From positions 1-25,132 of IMG/VR virus record IMGVR_UViG_3300020379_001212: 25,132 bases of DNA; one strand, 5' to 3'. This document shows, one piece after another, positions 1 to 7,021 of the stretch. Source of the stretch: a virus. Its lineage: Duplodnaviria > Caudoviricetes. Positions within the stretch are counted from its first letter, which is position 1. The number at the start of each line of letters is the position of its first letter. The translations under genes and the position numbers were made by a program. A model generated the notes under the pieces. It had not been told where the DNA came from. It was given only the letters and a program-made list of their open reading frames with translations, and did no database searches.

Positions 1-555
1 TTCGCGCCATCGTTTGGCGTTGCCGCTATTTTCAGGTTCCTACTTTTCCTACAAGGTTTCCACAATTGGACGCTTAATCCGTTCCACATGATGGGTGTCG
101 CAGGTATCCTGGGTGGTGCTCTGCTCTCTGCTATTCACGGTGTGACTGTAGAAAATACGTTGTACCAAGATGGTGAACAAGCAAATACTTTCAAGGCTTT
201 TGACAGTACACAAGAGGAGGAGACTTACTCGATGGTTACTGCGAACCGTTTCTGGTCACAGATCTTCGGTGTTGCTTTTAGTAACAAGCGTTGGTTGCAT
301 TTCTTTATGCTCTTCGTTCCCGTCATGGGTCTCTGGGTCAGTTCTATCGGTATTATTGGACTCGCTCTTAATCTTCGTGCTTACGACTTTGTATCTCAGG
401 AGATTCGTGCGGCGGAGGATCCAGAATTTGAAACGTTCTACACTAAGAACATTCTTTTGAATGAAGGTCTACGTGCTTGGTTGGCACCTGCTGATCAACC
501 ACATGAAGACTTTGTATTCCCCGAAGAAGTTCTGCCTCGTGGTAATGCTCTCTAA
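1..555 (+). CDS. psbD: Photosystem II D2 protein (5'-truncated by window)
   Basis: Frame 1 is open from base 1: [35 protein letters not shown]...[12 protein letters not shown]...[10 protein letters not shown], the D2 C-terminal half. Confidence 0.99.
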   Translation, partial: FAPSFGVAAIFRFLLFLQGFHNWTLNPFHMMGVAGILGGALLSAIHGVTVENTLYQDGEQANTFKAFDSTQEEETYSMVTANRFWSQIFGVAFSNKRWLHFFMLFVPVMGLWVSSIGIIGLALNLRAYDFVSQEIRAAEDPEFETFYTKNILLNEGLRAWLAPADQPHEDFVFPEEVLPRGNAL

Positions 556-558
556 ATA
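552..558 (+). promoter_or_regulatory. T4-like late promoter candidate (CTAAATA)
   Basis: TAAATA core overlaps the psbD stop, about 20 nt upstream of ATG 579; the same motif precedes several other genes in the window. Confidence 0.5.
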
Positions 559-578
559 GTACACTTGCTTGTATAATT

Positions 579-797
579 ATGTCTTGTGCCTTACGTACTA
601 CAATGTTAACTGCCCTACGTGGAGAAGCTGAAGGTAATATTGCCAAAGCAAAAGCAAACGTTGAAGTATACTTACACAATCCTGTAGGTATTGGTGAGCA
701 TCCAGATGTACTGGGTGCTATTCAAGAACAACTAGATATCATTGCCCATGAAGAAGAACGTATCGAAGTTCTTGACAAACACTTTACAGATCATTAA
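579..797 (+). CDS. Conserved cyanophage hypothetical protein
   Basis: 72-aa ORF with NPVGIGEHPD motif, followed by a terminator. Confidence 0.8.
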   Translation: MSCALRTTMLTALRGEAEGNIAKAKANVEVYLHNPVGIGEHPDVLGAIQEQLDIIAHEEERIEVLDKHFTDH

Positions 798-812
798 TGG
801 TCTGGTATAATT

Positions 813-838
813 AGAGGGTCATATGACCCTCTTTTTTT
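813..838 (+). terminator. Rho-independent terminator
   Basis: Perfect palindrome AGAGGGTCATATGACCCTCT followed by a T-run. Confidence 0.85.
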
Positions 839-1108
839 ATGGATATTAAAATCTATACATCACCAACTTGTTATTTTTGTTCTCAACTTAAAGAATTATT
901 TGAGAGAGCAAATATTTCTGAGTACGAAGAGGTGGTATGTCACGAACATAATGAACAACATTTAAAATTCAAAGAAGATTATCCTCAGGTCAAGAGTTTT
1001 CCTCATGTTATCATTGATGGTAATGAAATTGGTGGACTAGTTCAAACTGCTAAGTTTCTTTTGGAAAAAAATTTAGTCTCATCTAACAGAAAAAATGAAG
1101 GATCTTAA
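839..1108 (+). CDS. Glutaredoxin
   Basis: IYTSPTCYFC (CxxC), cis-Pro motif SFPHV, and IGG motif. Confidence 0.9.
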   Translation: MDIKIYTSPTCYFCSQLKELFERANISEYEEVVCHEHNEQHLKFKEDYPQVKSFPHVIIDGNEIGGLVQTAKFLLEKNLVSSNRKNEGS

Positions 1109-1274
1109 AATAAATAAAGGCATAGAGCTCATGCTTAGGGGGGCGAAAAAGAAGGAAGCAGAAGAAGAACCTTCTCCTAAGGGAAAGGGTTTTACTATTA
1201 CAAAATTTTTTACCCTACTAAAGAGAAGAGTCTACTTCAACTTTGAACTTTGGTGGGACAAGGAAACAAATTAG
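1095..1274 (+). CDS. Hypothetical protein, 59 aa (not in supplied ORF track)
   Basis: Hand translation MKDLKINKGIELMLRGAKKKEAEEEPSPKGKGFTITKFFTLLKRRVYFNFELWWDKETN; fills the gap between flanking genes. Confidence 0.7.
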   Translation: MKDLKINKGIELMLRGAKKKEAEEEPSPKGKGFTITKFFTLLKRRVYFNFELWWDKETN

Positions 1275-1288
1275 TTCGGAGTTGAACA

Positions 1289-1525
1289 ATGACTGAAACT
1301 TTATTCGTCTATCTATCAGCAACAGCGTCATTTATTTTTCTATGTGTAGGTGTGTTTGCTGGTTGGACAGTAAATGAGAAACTTCACGAGTACATGTATG
1401 GACAATCCCAAGATGAAAATGTACACCCCGAAATGTTAGACTCAGATGGACAATGGATCAACGAAGAACTACTCTCTGTCCGCTTCGTAGATGAAACTCA
1501 CGAAGAGGAATTTGACGAGGAATAA
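1289..1525 (+). CDS. Small membrane-anchored hypothetical protein
   Basis: Hydrophobic N-terminal segment, acidic C-terminus, GGAG RBS upstream. Confidence 0.75.
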   Translation: MTETLFVYLSATASFIFLCVGVFAGWTVNEKLHEYMYGQSQDENVHPEMLDSDGQWINEELLSVRFVDETHEEEFDEE

Positions 1526-1550
1526 ATACAAATACGACATAATTTAGGTC

Positions 1551-1982
1551 ATGAAATTATTACTGAATGAAGTGCTGCAAAAAATAAGCAACGCTAAAAC
1601 CAAGGCACAAAAAATTAAACTACTGGAAGAGTATAATACTCCAGCACTTAGACAAATTCTAATTGCTAACTTTGATGAGAGTATTATTTCTATGCTTCCA
1701 GAAGGTGAAGTACCTTACGAAAAAAATGAGGCACCTGAGGAGACAGAGCATACAAAACTTGTTCATGAGTATCGTAAGCTCTATCTCTTCTTTAAAGGTG
1801 GAGCAAATATTTCACAGACTCGTCGTGAAACTCTTTTCATTCAACTGCTGGAGGGTCTACACCAAGGCGAAGCGGAGTTGTTATGTCTAATGAAGGATAA
1901 ACAAATTGGAAAGCGTTGGAAGATCACCAAGCAATGTGTTGAGGAAGCTTTTCCAGAAATTCAATGGGGAGGTCGTTCCTGA
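1551..1982 (+). CDS. Conserved T4-like phage hypothetical protein
   Basis: 143-aa ORF with LPEGEVPY and RRETLFIQLLEGLH motifs; ATAAATA late-promoter-like site at 1522-1528. Confidence 0.8.
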   Translation: MKLLLNEVLQKISNAKTKAQKIKLLEEYNTPALRQILIANFDESIISMLPEGEVPYEKNEAPEETEHTKLVHEYRKLYLFFKGGANISQTRRETLFIQLLEGLHQGEAELLCLMKDKQIGKRWKITKQCVEEAFPEIQWGGRS

Positions 1983-2239
1983 TGGGTAAAGGTTGTAAAA
2001 TTCTTCATGGTGATTGTGATGCTACACTAGGTCAAGATCGGTCTTTACCTTACACTGCTTTTTTAGTTGAGTATTTACAAGATGGTATCACCAAGTTTGA
2101 TATAGTCACTGCTGCTAAGCAGGTAGATATTTTTGATGACTACTGGGATAAATATGGTCGTGATTTTATTAACATGACACAGACAGAAGGTAGAGTTAAC
2201 CCAAAAATGTGGATCGATCCTAACGGTAAAAAGAAATGA
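1982..2239 (+). CDS. Hypothetical protein
   Basis: ATG overlaps the upstream stop (TGATG); 85 aa. Confidence 0.75.
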   Translation: MGKGCKILHGDCDATLGQDRSLPYTAFLVEYLQDGITKFDIVTAAKQVDIFDDYWDKYGRDFINMTQTEGRVNPKMWIDPNGKKK

Positions 2240-2505
2240 GTTCAAAACAAACAGGACATTGGTGTATTTTTTACAGAAAAAATGCTGATCCAAGTGGTAT
2301 TTGGTATACCATGAAGACATGGAGAAAAGATGGTGTTCTTGTTTCTGCTAAAACATATAATGATGTGTATAAATTTGATAGGTATAAAGAAGCATGGCAA
2401 TTTGCTAAGAATTTAATTACTGAAGAACCAACACCTAAGTATGATGCACAAGTCAAACGTGTATGTCGTGCCAGAGGAGATGCCTTCTACCTTTCAGGAA
2501 ACTAA
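2236..2505 (+). CDS. Hypothetical protein
   Basis: 89-aa ORF, start overlaps the upstream stop (ATGA). Confidence 0.75.
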   Translation: MSSKQTGHWCIFYRKNADPSGIWYTMKTWRKDGVLVSAKTYNDVYKFDRYKEAWQFAKNLITEEPTPKYDAQVKRVCRARGDAFYLSGN

Positions 2506-2507
2506 AT

Positions 2508-2523
2508 TGTATCAACGGATACA
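2508..2523. promoter_or_regulatory. NtcA binding site
   Basis: TGTA-TCAACGGA-TACA, an exact TGTA-N8-TACA palindrome in intergenic DNA, 1 nt upstream of a -35 box. Confidence 0.75.
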
Positions 2524-2524
2524 G

Positions 2525-2554
2525 TTGACAGTACATACATAGTAATGGTATAAT
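2525..2554 (+). promoter_or_regulatory. Sigma70-type promoter
   Basis: TTGACA (2525-2530), 18-nt spacer, TGG-TATAAT (-10 at 2549-2554); predicted +1 near 2561 coincides with the start of the structured RNA. Confidence 0.85.
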
Positions 2555-2561
2555 TACCATA

Positions 2562-2605
2562 CGTTCATCCCGCTTTCGGGTGGGACGCAAGTAAGTCGCG
2601 GAACG
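2562..2605 (+). ncRNA. Glutamine riboswitch-like aptamer 1 (glnA / Downstream-peptide class)
   Basis: P1 CGUUC/GAACG; P2 UCCCGCU-UUCG-GGUGGGA; junction GACGCAAGUA; lies upstream of a DUF4278-like gene, the usual context for this RNA class. Confidence 0.75.
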
Positions 2606-2608
2606 GAG

Positions 2609-2793
2609 CGTTCATCCCATGGCAGAATTTCTTCTGTATACTACACTCAGTTGTCAACAAACTTCAGCAATCATGTTGAAGATTGAGGCAAGTAAATACC
2701 TTGATAATCTTGTTAAGGTTGAACTAGTTGAGACCCTCAAGGACTCAGCACCTGAATGTGAGTGGTATTGGGACGCAAACGACTGAAGGAACG
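2609..2793 (+). ncRNA. Glutamine riboswitch-like aptamer 2, interrupted by a ~150-nt coding loop
   Basis: Second CGUUCAUCCC at 2609-2618; matching 3' half GGGACGCAAACGACUGAAGGAACG at 2770-2793. Confidence 0.65.
2619..2786 (+). CDS. 55-aa hypothetical protein nested in aptamer 2 (not in supplied ORF track)
   Basis: MAEFLLYTTLSCQQTSAIMLKIEASKYLDNLVKVELVETLKDSAPECEWYWDAND; GGAG at 2605-2608. Confidence 0.7.
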   Translation: MAEFLLYTTLSCQQTSAIMLKIEASKYLDNLVKVELVETLKDSAPECEWYWDAND

Positions 2794-2828
2794 GCGCTAA
2801 TCACGTCAACTACTTCAGGAGTAAACTC

Positions 2829-2996
2829 ATGAACACACTCAATCTCATTCGCAAGCAGATCAACAAAGCTGCTGCACTTCACGACGCACAGATCTCTCAC
2901 ACCTCATATCGTGGTGTAGAGTATGACACCCGTTGTGTTGAGAGTAAGGAAACTCACGGTACATTCTGTTATCGTGGTAAGACTTACACCAAGTGA
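2829..2996 (+). CDS. DUF4278-like small protein, 55 aa (not in supplied ORF track)
   Basis: MNTLNLIRKQINKAAALHDAQISHTSYRGVEYDTRCVESKETHGTFCYRGKTYTK with two YRGxxY motifs; AGGAG RBS at 2817-2821. Confidence 0.8.
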   Translation: MNTLNLIRKQINKAAALHDAQISHTSYRGVEYDTRCVESKETHGTFCYRGKTYTK

Positions 2997-3009
2997 TCAA
3001 CTTACGTTC

Positions 3010-3035
3010 GAGAGGGTTTCGACCCTCTCTTTTTT
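3010..3035 (+). terminator. Rho-independent terminator
   Basis: GAGAGGGT-TTCG-ACCCTCTC followed by T6. Confidence 0.92.
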
Positions 3036-3049
3036 ATGTAAATAGTTTT

Positions 3050-3517
3050 ATGGAATGGTATGAAAATCATCATCATGTTTGTCGATATGATAAACTATAT
3101 GGCAACTGGCAATTTCCAAGATCTGATGGTAGATTAGATTGTGAATACAGACTTTACATACAAAAAATTCTTCACTTACTTACAGATTCTAAGTTGGAGA
3201 CCATAGACCTTTGTGATATTGCTTGGATAGGTAAGCATCATCACCCACATAATCCTGGAACTGTATGGTCTAATATGAAGTATCAAAATGCTGATCCATC
3301 GTACCCAGGAATTATTTTAAAAAATGCTCCTAATCCATACAACAATAAGTATAGGATGATTGATGGTAGACATAGGATAATGAGGTTATTGAATCAGGGA
3401 GAAACATCATCTCAATATTATGTGCTTGATTATGATGAGATCAAAGAGTATATTGTTGAAAAAGTATTCTGTCCTGTAGAAAAGAAAATGGTCTTAAAAA
3501 AAGCAGATCTTTCTTAA
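3050..3517 (+). CDS. ParB/Sulfiredoxin N-terminal-like domain protein
   Basis: YPGII...KYRMIDGRHR motif; start moved to ATG 3050, after the terminator and a GTAAATA site at 3038-3044. Confidence 0.65.
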   Translation: MEWYENHHHVCRYDKLYGNWQFPRSDGRLDCEYRLYIQKILHLLTDSKLETIDLCDIAWIGKHHHPHNPGTVWSNMKYQNADPSYPGIILKNAPNPYNNKYRMIDGRHRIMRLLNQGETSSQYYVLDYDEIKEYIVEKVFCPVEKKMVLKKADLS

Positions 3518-3526
3518 CGCTAAATG

Positions 3527-3542
3527 TGTAGCAACACATACA
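3527..3542. promoter_or_regulatory. Second NtcA binding site
   Basis: TGTA-GCAACACA-TACA, exact TGTA-N8-TACA, intergenic. Confidence 0.65.
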
Positions 3543-3587
3543 AAAAATAAGAGTTGTTGATAAACTTGGTTGTTTTGTTAAAATTTT

Positions 3588-3616
3588 CTGACATTCTATC
3601 TACATAGTGGTAGAGT
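3588..3616 (+). promoter_or_regulatory. Sigma70-type promoter candidate
   Basis: CTGACA, 17-nt spacer ending in TGG, TAGAGT. Confidence 0.5.
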
Positions 3617-3681
3617 TATGCGAGGTGGAAAAATGAATCCTTACCCTCCCCTTTATGATGAATCATTGCCTGGAGGAGACC

Positions 3682-3855
3682 ATGCACAATCTATTATCGC
3701 GCTCACAACTAGATGAGTGGCGACACTTTGAAGACACATTAGATGACTTGGAGGTGGAAAATCAAAAACTCAATGACTACTATGAATGTTTAATAGAGTG
3801 CGACTCATTAAACCAAAGTTCATGTAAAAAGGTGTGTAGTTACATCTTCAAATAA
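3682..3855 (+). CDS. Small Cys-rich hypothetical protein (CxxxC...CxxxC)
   Basis: GGAGG RBS at 3672-3676; MHNLLSRSQL...YYECLIECDSLNQSSCKKVC; terminator follows. Confidence 0.8.
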   Translation: MHNLLSRSQLDEWRHFEDTLDDLEVENQKLNDYYECLIECDSLNQSSCKKVCSYIFK

Positions 3856-3861
3856 AATTTC

Positions 3862-3887
3862 AGGGGGGTTGCGACCCCTCTTTTTTT
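3862..3887 (+). terminator. Rho-independent terminator
   Basis: GGGGT-TGCG-ACCCC stem followed by T7. Confidence 0.75.
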
Positions 3888-3897
3888 GTGTTATAAT
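3869..3897 (+). promoter_or_regulatory. Sigma70-type promoter overlapping the terminator
   Basis: TTGCGA, 17-nt spacer ending in TGT, TATAAT. Confidence 0.6.
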
Positions 3898-3919
3898 AGG
3901 TACACCTTACCATAAATAT

Positions 3920-4096
3920 ATGGATAGAGAACGACTAAAACTCATCGTCAAGAACCTTAAGTCTTTAACCGATGCGTTAGAGAGTGAAGTTTATTCTAAC
4001 GTAGCACTTTATGTTCACCCTTGGGACGAACATGTAAACAAAACAAAACCAAGAGTATTAACTTCAGAGGATGATGATGACGGATATCCAGACTGA
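3920..4096 (+). CDS. Conserved cyanophage hypothetical protein
   Basis: MDRERLKLIVKNLKSLTDALESEVYS...DDDDGYPD; ATG 3920 preferred over the TTG inside the terminator. Confidence 0.75.
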   Translation: MDRERLKLIVKNLKSLTDALESEVYSNVALYVHPWDEHVNKTKPRVLTSEDDDDGYPD

Positions 4097-4316
4097 TTGG
4101 CGCTATAGCGATGAACGCATGGACGTAAGAACACAAGGACTAAACATTCTACTAAAGAAGTTTGGGTCAGAGATTTGCTCTGATGGATCACCACGCTACA
4201 GCAACCAAAGCATCTACGAATGTATTCATGATTGGGTATCCCAAGGAAACATAAGAACAGATGGCATTGTTGCCTATTACAAAGCGTATTATGACCCGAC
4301 TAAAAGATCAAATTAG
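4071..4316 (+). CDS. Hypothetical protein
   Basis: 81-aa ORF in a tightly packed operon; exact start among three tandem ATGs is uncertain. Confidence 0.7.
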   Translation: MMMTDIQTDWRYSDERMDVRTQGLNILLKKFGSEICSDGSPRYSNQSIYECIHDWVSQGNIRTDGIVAYYKAYYDPTKRSN

Positions 4317-4563
4317 ATTAGCAAAGAAAGCAATTAAAGAAGCTAAGAAGAAACCTGAACTGTACACAGAAGAGGAACTTCAATACATGGCGCTACAATT
4401 GATCCGTGCTAAAATAGGATTGAAACTAAAACAACAACGACGCAAGCAGGAGAAAGGATTTAGTAATGAATTCAGTGAAACTCGTAACAGTAACTCCCGA
4501 AGCGGAGAAGACGATGGGGTACGTAGCGAGGGTGAGCAACCCGAGCAACCAGGAGAATCCTAA
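4291..4563 (+). CDS. Basic helical hypothetical protein
   Basis: MTRLKDQIRLAKKAIK...PELYTEEELQYM; 3' end overlaps thyX by 98 nt. Confidence 0.65.
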   Translation: MTRLKDQIRLAKKAIKEAKKKPELYTEEELQYMALQLIRAKIGLKLKQQRRKQEKGFSNEFSETRNSNSRSGEDDGVRSEGEQPEQPGES

Positions 4564-5104
4564 GGTCGCTGGTCTTCTAAAGTATTGCATCAAACACAAC
4601 CATTGGAGTGTCTTTGAGCAAGCACACATGACCCTTGAAATTGAGACTACCAGAGGACTGGCAGCTCAAATCCTAAGGCATCGTTCGTTCACATATCAAG
4701 AGTTTTCGCAGCGGTATGCTGACAGTTCTATGTTGGCAGACAAGATTCCTCTACCTGAACTTCGTAGACAAGACACTAAGAATAGACAGAATTCTATTGA
4801 TGATGTTGATCCATTTGTTCGTCAAGAGTTTCAGATCAAGATGCAGAAACATTTTGATGATGCTATGAAACTTTATCAAGATATGTTAGAATATGGTATC
4901 GCAAAGGAGTGTTCACGTTTTGTGCTCCCCCTTGCTGTACCAACAAAAATCTACATGACAGGCTCAGTTCGGTCATGGATCCATTATATCGAATTGCGTT
5001 CCGCTAATGGTACGCAGAAAGAACACATGGACATCGCACTAGATGCTAAGCGTGTGTTCGCAGAACAGTTCCCTATTTGTGCGGAGGCACTCGGATGGCA
5101 ATGA
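4466..5104 (+). CDS. thyX: FAD-dependent thymidylate synthase
   Basis: HWSVFE and the ThyX signature QILRHRSFTYQEFSQRY. Confidence 0.97.
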   Translation: MNSVKLVTVTPEAEKTMGYVARVSNPSNQENPKVAGLLKYCIKHNHWSVFEQAHMTLEIETTRGLAAQILRHRSFTYQEFSQRYADSSMLADKIPLPELRRQDTKNRQNSIDDVDPFVRQEFQIKMQKHFDDAMKLYQDMLEYGIAKECSRFVLPLAVPTKIYMTGSVRSWIHYIELRSANGTQKEHMDIALDAKRVFAEQFPICAEALGWQ

Positions 5105-5328
5105 AACTTTTGACACTAGACGATTACCAGAAAGCAGGTGAAACTTTTTGGCCTAAGTATTGGTACATCTCTAAAGAACTTGGAGAGGATGCCAAACCTG
5201 AGCAAGTCCTAAAAGTTATGGAAGCTATTGGTGGTGTCGCATTGAAAGCAGCACTAGAAGAAAAATCAGAAGGTCCATTTGGATTTAATAAAGTAAAGGA
5301 GGAAGAAGATGCCGACTTATCCAGTTAA
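5101..5328 (+). CDS. Hypothetical protein
   Basis: ATG overlaps the thyX stop (ATGA); 75 aa. Confidence 0.75.
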   Translation: MKLLTLDDYQKAGETFWPKYWYISKELGEDAKPEQVLKVMEAIGGVALKAALEEKSEGPFGFNKVKEEEDADLSS

Positions 5329-5572
5329 AAATTTAAAGACAGGTGAGGAGAAAACTCTTCGCATGACCATGAAAGAATACTGTGACTGGAAGGATGAAAA
5401 TCCTGACTGGGACAAAGACTGGTCAAAAGGTTGTGCTGGTGCGGGAGAAGTTGGTGACTGGCAAGACAAGATGAGTAGAACTCATCCTGGATTTCATGAC
5501 ATTATGAAGAATAAGATTGCTCCTCAAGCAGCAGTCAAAGGAAACAGAACTATTACTGATAAGTATCGCTAA
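5309..5572 (+). CDS. Conserved T4-like hypothetical protein
   Basis: MPTYPVKNLKTGE N-terminus; AGGAGG RBS. Confidence 0.8.
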   Translation: MPTYPVKNLKTGEEKTLRMTMKEYCDWKDENPDWDKDWSKGCAGAGEVGDWQDKMSRTHPGFHDIMKNKIAPQAAVKGNRTITDKYR

Positions 5573-5576
5573 GATT

Positions 5577-6329
5577 ATGCCACCTAGAAAGAAGACTACT
5601 AAAGCACCTGGACAAGGTATGACTGCTAAACAACGCAAGCGCCGTAAACCCATTGATGAAGCATACATGCTGCCCATCGAACCTCTTACACATAACCAAC
5701 AGGTTATGTTTGATGAGTGGGACAAAGGTAAGATGGTTTATGCCTATGGTGTAGCGGGAACTGGTAAAACTTATGTTGCTCTTTATAAAGCACTGAAAGA
5801 TGTGCTCAATGAGTACACACCATACGAAAAGATTTACATTGTTCGCTCTCTTGTCGCTACTAGAGAGATTGGTTTCCTTCCTGGAGACCATGAGGATAAG
5901 TCTTCTCTCTATCAAATACCATACAAGAACATGGTACAATCCATGTTTGAGATGCCTGATGATGCATCGTATGAAATGTTGTACGATAATCTGAAGGCAC
6001 AGGAGACTATCTCCTTTTGGTCTACTAGTTTCATCCGTGGTACTACACTAGACAATGCTATTGTTATCATCGATGAATGTCAGAACCTAAATTTCCACGA
6101 ACTTGATTCAATCATCACTCGTGTGGGACAAGATAGTAAGATTATTTTCTGTGGTGACGCAGCGCAGACTGACCTACAAAAAGTTAGTGAACGTACAGGT
6201 ATCTTAGACTTCCAACGTATCCTACAGAACATGGAAGAGTTCGCACTGATTGAGTTTGGTGTTGAAGATATCGTTCGTTCTGGTCTTGTCAAATCTTATC
6301 TTATTAATAAAATTAATTTGGGTCTATGA
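5577..6329 (+). CDS. phoH: PhoH-family ATPase
   Basis: Walker A GVAGTGKT, IGFLPGD, FIRGTTL, IIDECQN and GDAAQTD motifs; ATG 5577 preferred. Confidence 0.97.
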   Translation: MPPRKKTTKAPGQGMTAKQRKRRKPIDEAYMLPIEPLTHNQQVMFDEWDKGKMVYAYGVAGTGKTYVALYKALKDVLNEYTPYEKIYIVRSLVATREIGFLPGDHEDKSSLYQIPYKNMVQSMFEMPDDASYEMLYDNLKAQETISFWSTSFIRGTTLDNAIVIIDECQNLNFHELDSIITRVGQDSKIIFCGDAAQTDLQKVSERTGILDFQRILQNMEEFALIEFGVEDIVRSGLVKSYLINKINLGL

Positions 6330-7021
6330 AACTGTTCAATCATGTGGGACTAGATCCTATTGAAATGTCTGCTGAAATGGTGGAGGGTAAACGTGTTTAT
6401 CTTACACCAACAGGACATCATTATCCATCTGTCACCACTGTGATTGGCAACAATGCAAAGAAGATGGCGGGTATTGCTAAGTGGCGAGCTCGTGTTGGAG
6501 AGAAGGCAGCAAATGCTAAGTCTGCCCGTGCTACTGGTAGGGGTACAAAGTATCATTCTATTACTGAAGACTATCTCAACAACAAACTAGACCTAAAAAA
6601 GTATAAGAAGTTTCCGCTTCCTGTCCTCATGTTCCAGCATTCTAAGGATACTTTGGACCGTATAAATAATATTTACTTACAGGAAGCGGCGCTCTACTCT
6701 AAACATTTAGAAATAGCAGGGCGCGTAGATTGTATTGCTGAGTTCGACGGAGTGCTGTCTATTATTGATTTTAAGACAGCAGAAGAACCAAAGCGTGAAG
6801 CATATCTCTACGATTACTTCGTACAAGAAACCGCATACGCATGTATGCTACAAGAAAACTACGGGTTGAGTGTCAAACAACTCGTGACTATCGTTGCTTG
6901 TGAAAACGGAGAGACTCAAGTTAAGGTGCTTCCACCTAAGAAAGAATTCTTTATTAAACTAATGAGTTACATCGAGGAGTATCAAGAACGATATGGAGAA
7001 AAAACAATTATTAGAGGATAA
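6326..7021 (+). CDS. PD-(D/E)xK / RecB-like exonuclease
   Basis: YPSVTTV, RGTKYH, AGRVDCI, IIDFKT and QETAYA motifs. Confidence 0.9.
   Translation: MKLFNHVGLDPIEMSAEMVEGKRVYLTPTGHHYPSVTTVIGNNAKKMAGIAKWRARVGEKAANAKSARATGRGTKYHSITEDYLNNKLDLKKYKKFPLPVLMFQHSKDTLDRINNIYLQEAALYSKHLEIAGRVDCIAEFDGVLSIIDFKTAEEPKREAYLYDYFVQETAYACMLQENYGLSVKQLVTIVACENGETQVKVLPPKKEFFIKLMSYIEEYQERYGEKTIIRG

Noticed and set aside
2609-2793. Self-splicing intron or mobile element explanation for the nested ORF
   Set aside because: Too short, with no group I/II core motifs, terminal repeats or endonuclease motif.
2993-3049. GTG start of the 174-aa ORF
   Set aside because: It crosses a strong terminator; ATG 3050 is more plausible.
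5500-5576. Pho box upstream of phoH
   Set aside because: No convincing direct repeat; the gene is operon-internal with a 4-nt gap.
6326-7021. Cas4-like nuclease suggesting a CRISPR system
   Set aside because: No repeat-spacer array or cas genes are visible; this is the usual phage exonuclease beside phoH.
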